From an uncultured Verrucomicrobiae bacterium (GTDB lineage Bacteria; Verrucomicrobiota; Verrucomicrobiia; Chthoniobacterales; Chthoniobacteraceae): a DNA stretch of 64,000 bases. Below, piece after piece: positions 18,906 to 29,421 of this stretch (its first letter is position 1; each line of letters opens with the position of its first letter). The notes under the pieces are model-generated. The model did not search any database. It was not told the origin of the DNA and worked only from the letters and a program-made list of their open reading frames with translations. The DNA is taken from positions 1-64,000 of the forward strand of contig CAWHEP010000009.1 of NCBI GenBank assembly GCA_963828525.1, written 5' to 3'. A program made the translations under genes and the position numbers.

Positions 18906-20813
18906 TTAACTGACAGCCAGTTCCCCTGCTGAAGGCGCGCGCGCTCCCGTGTCGAGATCCATCCCCTGTTGACGAGCCATCGTGGCGAAGAGCCCTCCAC
19001 CTCGCAGCAGCGACTGAAAACTACCGCGCTCCGCGATGCGCCCGCCGACCAGAACGACGATCTCGTCCATATTGACCAAGGTGGAAAGGCGATGCGCAAT
19101 GCAAATTACAGTGCGATTTTCCTCCAGCCGGTCTACCGCGGCTTGCACCTCCGACTCCGCGCGGGCGTCCAGCGATGCCGTTGCTTCATCCAAAATGAGA
19201 ATGGGAGCGTTGCGTATAAAAGCTCGGGCGATTGAAATCCGCTGCCGCTGTCCTCCGGAAAGCAGCACTCCCCTCTCTCCGACCCGAGTGTCATATCCCT
19301 GCGGGAGAGCCGTGATGAACTCATGCGCGTTCGCCGCGCGCGCAGCCTCTTCAATCTGGTCGCGGGTGGCGCCCAGGCGAGCGCAAGCGATGTTCTCCGC
19401 CACACTCTGATCAAAAATCACCACTTCCTGGCTCACCAATGCGATCAAGCTTCGCAGGCTCGCGACCGACACATCACGGAGGTTCTTCCCGTCGATTTCA
19501 ATCAAACCATCCGTGGGATCGTAGAAACGAAGGAGCAGATTCACCAGCGTGCTCTTTCCCGAGCCGTTTTCGCCCACTACACCCAGCCGCCAGCCTTTCG
19601 GGATCGTCAAATCCACCTTGTCGAGAACAACTCGGGAGTCATAACCGAAACTCATGCAACGAAGATCAATTCCCGTCGTAAGCGCTGGTAAAATCTCTGC
19701 GTCGGGCTTTTCCTTCACGCTGGGTTGCTCATTGAGGATCTGTGACAGGCGATCCACTCCAAACTTCGATTCCTGAAGCATCAGATGCAGCGCGGCCAGC
19801 TTCTTGATGGGCGCGAAGAAAAGGAGCATGCCGCCCAGGAAACCAACCATCTCGGGAGTGGTTCGATGCGCGAAGAACACATAGATAATCAGCAGCCCGA
19901 GGCCAAACATGGATATCGTCTCGATGATCGGGTTTATCTGCTCGCGCGCTCGCACCGCTCGCAGCGTGGCCTCGATGAACTTGCGGGAGAGCCGTTGGAA
20001 ACGGCCCGCCTGCTCTTTCTCAAGGTTCAAAGCCTTCACGACCCGAATCCCATTCAGGACTTCCACCAGCAAGCTGGACTGTGAAATGGTGCTTTGTCCC
20101 GCCTGTCCGGCGGCCCGTCGCGCTTTTCCACCCAGAGATGCCAGCGGCAGCACGCACAGCGGAATCAGAAAGACTGCTCCGACTGTAAGTTTCCAGTCGA
20201 TGAGGCACAGAGTGACGCCTATGCTCAACATGGTGAAGGGTTCGGTAATGACGTCGCTGAACCCGACGCTGAGGCAGCGGTTTAGCGCGGCCGTATCGCC
20301 ATTGACGCGCATCAGTAAATCTCCCATCGTGGATTTATTGAAGTAGTCCAGGGAGAGGCTGCTGAGTTTTACGAGCACGTCATACCGCAAATCGGCGACC
20401 ACATGTTCGCTGACCCAGCTCATAAACCACGTGCTGAGGAACTGCGCGAGACCGCGCAGACTCATGAGCAGCGGGAGGAAAAGCAGCCCTCCGATGATCT
20501 GGCGCGTGTCATAGGGACGCCCCGCCTGGGGTAGCCACCGATCCACGAGCTTGTGAGTTGCGTTTTTCAATCGGGCTGCCGGATCATGCGACGGAGCGGA
20601 TTGCTCCGCGGGAGCAGGAGTCAGACGCTCAAGAATCGTCTTGGTTCCCCAAACAAGGGTCCCGTTTGAGAGACCAAATACGAGGGAGAACCAAAAGGCG
20701 GCCGCGAACTGCAGCTTGTATCTTCGGAGATACTTCCAGCCAAAGCGGAATATGTCGGCGAGATAGATCATTGAAATTTGCCCGGAGGATCTGCCCCGAG
20801 GGACAGTGGCCAT
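18906..20813 (-). CDS. msbA: MsbA-like ABC exporter (TMD + NBD)
   Basis: TM domain, GENGSGKST, LSGGQRQRISIARA, ILDEATASLD, IAHRLST; divergent from lpxB. Confidence 0.85.
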   Translation of the reverse strand: MATVPRGRSSGQISMIYLADIFRFGWKYLRRYKLQFAAAFWFSLVFGLSNGTLVWGTKTILERLTPAPAEQSAPSHDPAARLKNATHKLVDRWLPQAGRPYDTRQIIGGLLFLPLLMSLRGLAQFLSTWFMSWVSEHVVADLRYDVLVKLSSLSLDYFNKSTMGDLLMRVNGDTAALNRCLSVGFSDVITEPFTMLSIGVTLCLIDWKLTVGAVFLIPLCVLPLASLGGKARRAAGQAGQSTISQSSLLVEVLNGIRVVKALNLEKEQAGRFQRLSRKFIEATLRAVRAREQINPIIETISMFGLGLLIIYVFFAHRTTPEMVGFLGGMLLFFAPIKKLAALHLMLQESKFGVDRLSQILNEQPSVKEKPDAEILPALTTGIDLRCMSFGYDSRVVLDKVDLTIPKGWRLGVVGENGSGKSTLVNLLLRFYDPTDGLIEIDGKNLRDVSVASLRSLIALVSQEVVIFDQSVAENIACARLGATRDQIEEAARAANAHEFITALPQGYDTRVGERGVLLSGGQRQRISIARAFIRNAPILILDEATASLDARAESEVQAAVDRLEENRTVICIAHRLSTLVNMDEIVVLVGGRIAERGSFQSLLRGGGLFATMARQQGMDLDTGARAPSAGELAVS

Positions 20814-20950
20814 TGACCCCGGCGGGTAGTCATCGGCGAGTCTTTGCCTCCAATCGCCATCGAAAGCGATACTTTTTTAGGAGATTGCGCTTGAAAGCCA
20901 TTCTCCGCTAGCGTGATGAATTGACACCCGCGAGTTCCGAACCATAAAGG

Positions 20951-22150
20951 ATGGCAACAAACGTTTTAATGATCGCCGGAGATGTGTCGGGCGATCTCCA
21001 CACGGCGCGTCTCGCTAAAAAACTCCTCGAACGCCAGCCGGACTGGACCTTGCACGCGCTGGGGGGCCCTCATCTGAGAGCGGCCGTCGCCAAATCGCCG
21101 GGATCCTCCTTCCTCGGTGACACGAGCGGCTGCAGCGCCATCGGCATCCTCGCGGCGAGCAGGATCTACATCCGCTGCAAGGTCCTCGGTCGCAGGGTTT
21201 ATGACTTCCTGGAAAGGCAGCGCGTGGACGCCATCGTTTTGTGCGATTGGGGGGGATTCAACGGCAGGCTCCTGCCGAACATATCCAGGCTCGGAATACC
21301 TATCCTGTACTATTTCCCGCCTCGCTCCTGGCAGAGGACGGGCGCCGCGGGCTTGGGCATCGCGCGGTTCGTCACCCGAGTCGCGACCCCCTTTCAGTGG
21401 TCGGCGGAGCGGCTCAGGGCCGCTGGCTGTCAGGCGGAGTGGGTAGGTCATCCCTCCATCGAGAGTATCCGCGAAAGGCCAAACCGCGCGGCGCTGCGCG
21501 CGGAGTTTGGCGTCAAAACAGGCGAGCCTCTCATCGCTCTCCTGCCGGGCTCGCGCCGGAGCGAGATCAAAACGCTCGCCCCGCGCCTCGCCGAAACGGC
21601 CGGGTTGCTGCGTTCCAAACGGGCGGTAAGTTTCGTCGCGGTGGTTCCAAAGGAGATGAAAGAGGAGGCCGTATCGCTCCTGCCCGCGTGGATCCCGGTT
21701 GTGACCGAGCGGGCGACCGATCTACTGTTGGCGTGCGATGCGGCGATAGTGAAGACGGGCACGGCAACCATTGAGGCGGTTCTGGCTGGCGCTCCCCAAG
21801 TGGCGATCTACGATTTCTCCCCTGTTCTTCGGCTTGAATGGTGTCTGCTCTGGGCCTGGAAAAAAATTCCCTTTGTCGCAATGCCAAATATCATTCTCCA
21901 AAGGATGGCGATACCGGAATGTCTGGGCCCCAATTGCAGACCCGGCAATATCGAGCGCGCGATCAGCACGATACTCGATGATGAACCCGCGCGCTCTCGG
22001 ATGCGGCGGGATTATTCGGAAATCTGCCTCGCGCTTGGCTCCGACCTGCCCATGCCCGCAACCGAAAGAACGGCAGAGATCGTCGAGGAAATGGTTGCTG
22101 GCAGCAAGCGACCCGTTTCCGTCGATAACGCTCAGATGTCCCATCAGTGA
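20951..22150 (+). CDS. lpxB: lipid-A-disaccharide synthase
   Basis: IAGDVSGDLH, DWGGFN, YYFPPRSW, WVGHP, LLPGSRRSEI, KTGTATIE, AMPNII. Confidence 0.9.
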   Translation: MATNVLMIAGDVSGDLHTARLAKKLLERQPDWTLHALGGPHLRAAVAKSPGSSFLGDTSGCSAIGILAASRIYIRCKVLGRRVYDFLERQRVDAIVLCDWGGFNGRLLPNISRLGIPILYYFPPRSWQRTGAAGLGIARFVTRVATPFQWSAERLRAAGCQAEWVGHPSIESIRERPNRAALRAEFGVKTGEPLIALLPGSRRSEIKTLAPRLAETAGLLRSKRAVSFVAVVPKEMKEEAVSLLPAWIPVVTERATDLLLACDAAIVKTGTATIEAVLAGAPQVAIYDFSPVLRLEWCLLWAWKKIPFVAMPNIILQRMAIPECLGPNCRPGNIERAISTILDDEPARSRMRRDYSEICLALGSDLPMPATERTAEIVEEMVAGSKRPVSVDNAQMSHQ

Positions 22151-22166
22151 CAGGGCGTTTCCGCCG

Positions 22167-23636
22167 GTGAATCGCAATCGGGCGAAGCAGCTCACCGCGA
22201 GACCGGAAAAGTCGCCGTTCGCCATCCGAGCGCTGAACTTTTTCCATTACACAGTTTACGTCGCCGTGCGAGGAGCCGAAGGGTTCGCGCGCCTCCTTCC
22301 GCTAACATGGGTTTTCGCCTTGGGCTTGCTCGCTGGCGAGATCAGCCACGCCTTGTTGCGTCAGCGCCGGAACCTTGCCATCCGCAACCTGACACTCGCT
22401 TTCGGAACATCGAAAACGGGGCGCGAGCTGCGCGCCCTGGCAAGGAAGAGTTTTCGAAATCTCGGAGCCAATCTGCTCTGCAGCATCAAGACGTCCACAA
22501 TGTCCCCGGCGGAAATTCTGAAAAGGATCACACTTGAGAAACCACCATCCCTGGGAGCGCCCCCGGAGGGCCAGCGCGAAGGGTGGGTGGCGATGATCAG
22601 CCACCTGGGCAATTGGGAGTTGTTGAGCGAAATGACGGCATTGTTCCCGGAATACACTTATGGCGCATTTTATCAGAAGCTTGCGAATCCTTTGGTGGAT
22701 GAATACTTCCGGACGTCGCGCGCCCGAGCTGGGATTACCCTTTTCGATCGTCGGGACAGTCTCCTACGCAGCATCAACTTCCTAAAAGCAGGTGGCGTCG
22801 TGGGGGTGCTCGTTGATCAGTCGGCCGGTTACGCGGGTGTATGGATGCCGCTTTTTGGCAGAGTAGCGTCGTGCTCACCCCTCGCGGCTACCCTGGCGCT
22901 GCGAGCGCGCCTCCCGATCCTGCCAATAGCTGTTTACACCAGCGGCTTCGCGAGATGGAGACTTGTCGTATCCGAACCGCTCCCCGGAGATCACGAAGAT
23001 GTTGACGAATTAACCGCAATCATCAATCGCAAGCTGGAAGAACAAATCCGGCTTTCCCCTGAAGATTGGCTTTGGGCGCATGACCGCTGGAAACCGCTCC
23101 GCCCCCACTTCCTCATGGCTCGCGACCAGCGAAGGTTTCTCTTCCCTGATGATGGCGCTCTCGTTGAGCCATTCCGCATCCTCGTTCACTCTCCAGAGAG
23201 CCTTGAAGACGCGGAGGCGTGCCTCCCTGCTGCGAAAGCTATCCAGAGGGGCAGGCCGGACGGACGGGTTACGATCCTTTGCCCGGAGTACCTCCACGGT
23301 TTCTGGCAAGCGGCAGGGTTGGAGGAGGTGATCCCCTTCGCCGACAATTCTTCTTTCTGGAACATCGGGCGGGCTCTGCGAGAAAATGGCAGGCGCTTCG
23401 ATGCTGCCATTGTCTTCCCGGAATCCGCGAGCGCGGCGCTCCGCGTTTTCAGCGCCAGGATCCCCATCCGCGCCGGCTTTCGCTCCAGCCGCGCGTCGAC
23501 GCTCTTTACGCAACACTTCTACGCCAAGGAGGGCCGGCCGGCGATGCTGGCCTACCTGCGGGCGGCGCTAAGCGTGGGAGCGAATATAAACCCTGAACTC
23601 GCGCAATTTTTTCCTGAAGGCGCCGCAAAGGTCTGA
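22167..23636 (+). CDS. lipid A late acyltransferase (LpxL/HtrB family) fused to a partial GT9 heptosyltransferase-like domain
   Basis: SHLGNWEL, VLVDQ, PEDWLWAHDRWK, then PFRILVHSPESLEDA...FDAAIVFPES...IPIRAGF; GTG at 22167 chosen as start. Confidence 0.8.
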   Translation: MNRNRAKQLTARPEKSPFAIRALNFFHYTVYVAVRGAEGFARLLPLTWVFALGLLAGEISHALLRQRRNLAIRNLTLAFGTSKTGRELRALARKSFRNLGANLLCSIKTSTMSPAEILKRITLEKPPSLGAPPEGQREGWVAMISHLGNWELLSEMTALFPEYTYGAFYQKLANPLVDEYFRTSRARAGITLFDRRDSLLRSINFLKAGGVVGVLVDQSAGYAGVWMPLFGRVASCSPLAATLALRARLPILPIAVYTSGFARWRLVVSEPLPGDHEDVDELTAIINRKLEEQIRLSPEDWLWAHDRWKPLRPHFLMARDQRRFLFPDDGALVEPFRILVHSPESLEDAEACLPAAKAIQRGRPDGRVTILCPEYLHGFWQAAGLEEVIPFADNSSFWNIGRALRENGRRFDAAIVFPESASAALRVFSARIPIRAGFRSSRASTLFTQHFYAKEGRPAMLAYLRAALSVGANINPELAQFFPEGAAKV

Positions 23637-23638
23637 CA

Positions 23639-24079
23639 ATGGAAATACGCTTCATCTTCAGCGCGATCATTCCTGTGATGCTCTGCATTTTGGTAGCAGC
23701 GGGATTGACCTCCTTTACCACAGCTCGCGGGAGGATACATTTTCTGGCGCGCGCAGCTTTAGCATTGTTCATCACATTCCTGATCGCCCACGTAAACCGC
23801 TGGGCGCGCCTATGGCATGGACACGAGTTCTTCCCCAGCGGCCATGAAACATTTCTTTTGTCTGTGAGCACCTCGCTTTTCCTGCTGAGGGCGCGCTCTC
23901 TCTACCTGACGCTCCCGCTGGCTCTCGTGTATGGCATCGGGCTCGTTTACTTTGGGTATCACATCCCCATGGATGTCATCGGGGCAGCCCTGCTTTCACC
24001 TCCGGTGACTTTGCTATGCCATTCAAGGGGGAGGAATTCAAAGGACCACCCAGCTTGTCAGGCGGACCGTCCGAGCTGA
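23639..24079 (+). CDS. PAP2-family membrane phosphatase
   Basis: FPSGHET and GYHIPMDVIGA motifs, several TM helices. Confidence 0.75.
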   Translation: MEIRFIFSAIIPVMLCILVAAGLTSFTTARGRIHFLARAALALFITFLIAHVNRWARLWHGHEFFPSGHETFLLSVSTSLFLLRARSLYLTLPLALVYGIGLVYFGYHIPMDVIGAALLSPPVTLLCHSRGRNSKDHPACQADRPS

Positions 24080-25399
24080 GACGCTTCCATAAGTCGCGAA
24101 TAGTGCCGCCTGAAAGAAATGGCCAATATGAGCAGAGTCGCGATGAGCCACACGGGAAGCCACGCCAAAGCATGGCTGAAAGCCTCGGCCGGACTCGCTC
24201 CCGCCCTTGCTGCTCGCAACGCGCACGCGAAAAGAAGGCTCACAAATCCGTATGACAGGTTGAAAGCGACCCCTTTGAAGGAGAGTGACCGTTGCCCGGT
24301 GTCTCGAATCAGCGAGTTGATTCAAATAGAATGAAACGAAATACCCCAGGAGCGACATCGCCGCGCAGATCGGGATGAGAAACAATGCTCCCCAAATCCG
24401 CCAGCGAAGAGCCAGCCCCCCAAGTCCAACGACCGTCACTACCCCAACTACAAGGAAATTCAGCCCCATCGGGAGGCGCTGCGCCAGCCTTCGCGCGGCG
24501 GGCGCGATCAAAAATCCCATCAGCCCCATGCCAGAGCTGATTAGGCCATATGCGCCCTCTGGCAGATTGATCAGGCGGAAGTAGGAACTGGCGAAGGTCA
24601 TAAACAGGCGTCCGCTACTATCCATCAGCAAGCCCGCGAGGATGACAAACCGGACAAGCGGCGCGTTGTATATCCAAACTGCCGCTGTCTTCACAAGCCG
24701 CCACGGATGGTCTTCTCCGCCCGGCGAGACACGTGAATTACTGTCCTTTTCCGGGTTCCAGGATTCTCGGAATCCCGACACTACAACCAGCGCGAGCACT
24801 GCCGTAACGAGATTCAGGTAAATGGGAAAACGGAGAGTCGCCGGCTGATCGAACCGCCAGGCGACCCCCAGCGCGCGGCAGAGGGAAGACATGAAAGCTG
24901 GATCATAGACCAATCCACCGATAAGCATTGCCGCAACCATACCGGCTCCTTGCCAGCGCATGACCTGCTCCAGCACCCTCGGCCATTGCGACGCGCGCCC
25001 CGGCTCCTTGAGCGAATCGAATACGAGAGCTTCATCGGCCCCGCTCGCCATTCCCTCGGCGGTTCCGCTCAGAATGCGATTGGCAAGGCAGATCAGGAAA
25101 AGCGCCATTCCACCATTCCGGGGGGCGACGCAAAGCAGAAGCATCTCGAAGATCATCAACACCGCGGCGCCTACGATGAGTGGCTTCCTCCCGATGCGGT
25201 CTGCAAGCGCTCCGGACGGCAGGTCGACCACTACGATCGCGAGGGCCCACGCGAAGTTCAGCAACGTGTATTGCGTTGCGGTCAGCCCGAGGTCGAGGAA
25301 GAAAATCGCCAGAACCGGATAGTAAAACCGAGCGTTGAACAACACCCGGAAGATGACAAACCGCCGCCAGTTTCCCTCCGCGTCAGATGCCTCAGTCAC
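24058..25399 (-). CDS. MFS transporter (frameshift near 24285)
   Basis: DLPSGALADRIGRK, SGADEALVFDSL; the hydrophobic C-terminus continues in ORF 24058..24243; GTG overlaps the upstream stop. Confidence 0.85.
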
Positions 25400-25746
25400 G
25401 ACCGCGCGCCACCGCCCGTGAACGCGAAAGCGAAGAAAGCAGCACACGCGATAAGGAAAAAAGCCACCACGTAATTCCACGCCAGCTTCTCTTTCAGAAA
25501 GGTCACGGCGAAGATCACGAAAACAACGAGCGTGACAGCTTCCTGTATGATCTTGAGTTGAAAACCAGAGAATTCGCCAAAACCCAGACGATTAGCGGGC
25601 ACTGCAAAACAGTATTCGACGAGAGCTATCATCCACGAAACGAGAACGGCCTTCCACAGCGGCCACGCATGCCCGTACTTCAGGTGGCCATACCAGGCAA
25701 ACGTCATGAAAATGTTCGAGCAAAAGAGGAGGATCACGGTGCGCAT
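25396..25746 (-). CDS. DMT-family small membrane protein (DUF486-like)
   Basis: SNIFMTFAWYGHLK, SWMIALVEYCFAVPANRLG, QLKIIQE. Confidence 0.9.
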   Translation of the reverse strand: MRTVILLFCSNIFMTFAWYGHLKYGHAWPLWKAVLVSWMIALVEYCFAVPANRLGFGEFSGFQLKIIQEAVTLVVFVIFAVTFLKEKLAWNYVVAFFLIACAAFFAFAFTGGGARS

Positions 25747-25823
25747 GATGGAACATGTTCCGTTTCGAACGGATTCAGAACACCAAAAATTCCCGGCGCT
25801 CCAAAAGGCGCGCAAACTCGCGC

Positions 25824-26561
25824 CTACAGAGTTCCACCCACGGCTTGCAGGGGTTCCATTCTGCCCGTTTCCGTAATCCAAATCGCAAGAGCCTGCGCTG
25901 GCTGTTTTAGCCTTGCTGCTGGCAGTACGAACGAAGCTTGAAAAGCGTCTCCCTTCTCCCTCATTTCCGCGTCCAGCAGCCTGATCGCCGCAAAGTCATG
26001 CACCAGCTTGCGCCCGGCATTCTCACCTCTCTGCACATCAGAGCTTACGCCCAGCGCCAGAAGCGCCGCGTGGGCCTGCAGTGATGTGTTCGGGCGCGAT
26101 ACGGGAACGTAAAGAACCCCTATTTCACCCGTTTCGCGCAAAGAGGCTGTCAGCACCCCAACCCGCGCAGGGCGCGTGATCGAATCCAGATTGCGCTCCC
26201 GCCATTCCTTGCCATCGAGCACGAACTCCGGCGTATAAACAGAATCGGATCCCCAGCTCGCCGCGTAAGCCCGCTGGCGTCCGGTAAAGGCAGCCGAGGC
26301 CAGCGAGTCTCTCCAACCGAGGTGATCCCAGTAGTCCACATGGAAAGCGACCGGCACGACGCTCTTCCAAAGCTGCGCGTTCGTCCGCAAAGTCGTAAAC
26401 CAGCGCTCTGCGGGTGGACAACTGGAGCAGCCTTCGGAAGTATAGAGTTCCAACAGGCTCACCCTGTCCGCGCCTGTCGTGAATGTTGTGTCACTGGCGA
26501 AAGCGCCCGAAAGCCCGCTTAGAAATGCCACGAATAAAAACCCGGCTGGAAAATCGCGCAT
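25824..26561 (-). CDS. DUF1223 thioredoxin-like secreted protein
   Basis: LELYTSEGCSSCPPAE, AFHVDYWDHLGWRD, VYTPEFV, GENAGRKLVHD. Confidence 0.9.
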   Translation of the reverse strand: MRDFPAGFLFVAFLSGLSGAFASDTTFTTGADRVSLLELYTSEGCSSCPPAERWFTTLRTNAQLWKSVVPVAFHVDYWDHLGWRDSLASAAFTGRQRAYAASWGSDSVYTPEFVLDGKEWRERNLDSITRPARVGVLTASLRETGEIGVLYVPVSRPNTSLQAHAALLALGVSSDVQRGENAGRKLVHDFAAIRLLDAEMREKGDAFQASFVLPAARLKQPAQALAIWITETGRMEPLQAVGGTL

Positions 26562-26633
26562 AAAAGTCTGAGCGTGAGGCTCGCTTCTTATTCCGTGGTT
26601 TACGCCGCGGGCATCCCCACGACATAATAGGGA

Positions 26634-27775
26634 ATGAAAAGTCTGCGCGCTGGATCCGCGCTCCTGCTAATTGCGGTCGCGAGCGCGCTCATTTTCCTCG
26701 GGGCTGGCAGCGTCCTCGCAGCCGGTGAGAGGTTTTTTCTGGTACCTACACGGGACCGACAGGGAGCAAAGGCATCTACACAGGTGTTATCGATGATGAA
26801 AGTGGCGCGCTCGGGAACGTTTCTCTCGCCGCCCCGTGCGATAATCCAGGCTTTCTCGCTACGACTCGGGACGGCAAGTTCCTCTACGCCGCCGGCCAGG
26901 CGGGGGTGGCGGCATTTGCGATTCAGGCGGATGGCGCTTTGACTCCTCTCAACCACGCTCCTTCAGGCGGAACGGGCGCATGCCACATCTGGACGGACGC
27001 GACGGGCCGCGATGTGCTTGTCGCAAACTATGGCAGCGGCACCATAGCGTGTATTCAAACCAACGCGGACGGCTCTCTCTCCAGGCAAACCGCCCAGGTC
27101 AGATTTTCCGGCTCAGGGCCTGACCCGATCAGGCAGCAAAAGCCTTTCGCGCATTCGATTTACACCGATCCTTCAAATCGATTCGTCTATTCCTGTGATC
27201 TCGGAACCGACAATGTCTGGATCTTCCATTTCGACGCTAAGAACGGAACATTGACCCCTGCTGAGCCCCCCTGCGCCAAAGTTCCACCCGGCTCTGGGCC
27301 GCGTCACCTGGCGTTCCATCCGAACGGCAGGTTCGCCTATTCAATCAATGAGCTTGGCATGAGTGTGACTGCCTTCACCAGAGATACTGAGAGCGGCGCG
27401 CTTCTCCCCGGAGCAACCGTCTCAGACCTGGAGCCGAATACTCCCAGGCAGGGCGCTACCGCCGCCGAAATCTTCTGCCACCCGTCAGGCAAGTGGCTCT
27501 ATTCCACGAATCGCGGCCCTGATAATATCGCGGTCTTTTCGATCGGCGAGGATGGCAAGCTCGCGCTACTCAACGATGTGCCCGCGCTTGTGAAAGTCCC
27601 ACGAAGTTTCGCGATCGATCCGTCTGGACGCTGGCTTATCGCGGCGGGTCAACAGGATAATAAGGTGGCGGTTTTTGCAATCGATCCGCATACCGGCCGC
27701 CCGACGGAAACGAGCCAGAGCGCGTCGGCGCCCTCCCCGGTTTGTGTGCTGTTCGCGCCCGGCGTGGCGCGCTAG
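26634..27775 (+). CDS. pgl: 6-phosphogluconolactonase-family beta-propeller lactonase (frameshift near 26740)
   Basis: signal peptide, then after a one-base shift GTYT..SKGIY, NPGFLA, ANYGSG, AHSIY, DLGTD, GSGPRHLAFHP, NRGPD, PRSFAID. Confidence 0.85.
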
Positions 27776-27795
27776 TCCAGCTTCAGAACCGAGGT

Positions 27796-28755
27796 TTAGG
27801 AAATTCCGATCAGAATTCCCGCGATGAACACCAGGATACCACCCACGATGACCTGAAAAGCGGCGGAAAGAAAGGGTGTGTCCATGTATCTGTTTCGGAT
27901 GTAGCTGATCGCGAGCAACTCGAAGATCACCACCACAATCGCTACAGCGGTAGCTGTGCGGAAATGGGGAATGAGGTACGGCAACGTGTGTCCGATCCCT
28001 CCAGCAGCGGTCATGAACCCGCACACAACTCCCCGCATGAGAGGTTTCCCGCGTCCGGTAAGACTGCCATCATCTGAAAGGGCTTCCGCAAAGCCCATTG
28101 ATATGCCAGCGCCCACACTCGCGGCCAAGCCGACGAGGAACGCGGAATGCGTGTTTTGTGTGGCAAACGCCGCCGCAAAGACAGGCGCCAGCGTGGAGAC
28201 AGAGCCATCCATCAACCCCGTGAGGCCAGGTTGCACAACTTGTAAAACGAACATCCGGTGATGTGCTTTCTCCTCATCTCGTTGAGCATCAGGCGTAAGG
28301 TGTTTTTCTTCGAGGCTCGCCGCCAAAGAGATATGCCGCGCTTCCGCCAATGACAGGTCTCCAAACAGCTTGCGCGTGGAGGCATCCGTGACTTTCAGGA
28401 TGGCCTGGTCGTAGAAACGCCGGGTCTCGCGTTCCATGATCTCCGCCTGCCTTCGCACCGCCTTCACGCCGAGGGGGCGAACGAGCCATAAGGGGCGGCG
28501 TGACACAAAGCCCCTCACGTCCTCTCGTCGAAGGAGCGGTATGTGATCGCCGAACCTTCGCCGATATTCGTCAATCAATTCCCGGCGATGTCCATTCTCC
28601 TCGATTTCCATCTCCTCGAAGATTTTGGCCGTTGCCGGGAAATCGGCGCGCAAGCCCTCCGCAAAATCGGCGTAGATGCGCCCATCTGTTTCCTCCAGCG
28701 AAACCGCAAGCGCGAGAATCTCCTTTTCCGAGAGGTCTTTGAAATTGCGAACCAT
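27796..28755 (-). CDS. mbfA: iron exporter MbfA (ferritin-like domain + VIT1/CCC1)
   Basis: [60 protein letters not shown] upstream. Confidence 0.9.
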   Translation of the reverse strand: MVRNFKDLSEKEILALAVSLEETDGRIYADFAEGLRADFPATAKIFEEMEIEENGHRRELIDEYRRRFGDHIPLLRREDVRGFVSRRPLWLVRPLGVKAVRRQAEIMERETRRFYDQAILKVTDASTRKLFGDLSLAEARHISLAASLEEKHLTPDAQRDEEKAHHRMFVLQVVQPGLTGLMDGSVSTLAPVFAAAFATQNTHSAFLVGLAASVGAGISMGFAEALSDDGSLTGRGKPLMRGVVCGFMTAAGGIGHTLPYLIPHFRTATAVAIVVVIFELLAISYIRNRYMDTPFLSAAFQVIVGGILVFIAGILIGIS

Positions 28756-28836
28756 TAGTCGCCTCCTATATACGAATGCGGGCAACTGCGCGAGCAGCAT
28801 CCCGGACAGTAGCAATGGTTCTCTGCCGCGGATTGC

Positions 28837-29421
28837 CTAAGCGTTCACTGATAGAACCCGCGGATTTCCCTCGCAAAAGCGGAGAGTGCTTACCGAGGCG
28901 GGACTAATCTCAAGCCGATGCATGAGGCCAAGAGGAATCTCGAGGTAACGCATGAGTGCTGCTTTTATTACATCGCCGTGACTGACGATCGCGAAGACGC
29001 CTGCCGGAAGCGACACTGAGAGGCGCTCCAACTCCGTCGAAACACGCCACTGCGCTTCCGCCATTCTCTCGCCATTCGGGGGGATGGCCGTATCCCGAGC
29101 GGCGTTCCATTCGCGCCAATCCGGTCTTTCATCCAGCGTGGCGAAAGGGAGAAGCGTCCACAGCCCAAAATCGATCTCGTCCAATGCAGGAAGGATGATC
29201 GCGCTCAGCTTGTGCTTGTCAGCCAGAGGAGCCGCCGTTTCTCGCGCGCGATCCAGAGGGCCGGCATAAATGCCAGCAATCCGAGTGTCAGCGAGCCGGG
29301 CCGCCAGGCGCTCTGCCTGTAAAGCCCCGGCTGAATTCAGGTGGACACCCGGCGCGCGGCCAGAAAGGACGCGGCCGAGGTGATCAGTAGTGGCATGCCG
29401 GATGAGCAGAAATGTGATCAT
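28837..29421 (-). CDS. histidine phosphatase family protein
   Basis: LIRHA, RARETA, EIDFG, VSHGDVI. Confidence 0.9.
   Translation of the reverse strand: MITFLLIRHATTDHLGRVLSGRAPGVHLNSAGALQAERLAARLADTRIAGIYAGPLDRARETAAPLADKHKLSAIILPALDEIDFGLWTLLPFATLDERPDWREWNAARDTAIPPNGERMAEAQWRVSTELERLSVSLPAGVFAIVSHGDVIKAALMRYLEIPLGLMHRLEISPASVSTLRFCEGNPRVLSVNA

Noticed and set aside
21771..22166. Upstream extensions of lpxL, truA (37076), aroF (61168) and the 39610 ORF
   Set aside because: They overlap neighbouring genes or promoters; downstream starts match family lengths
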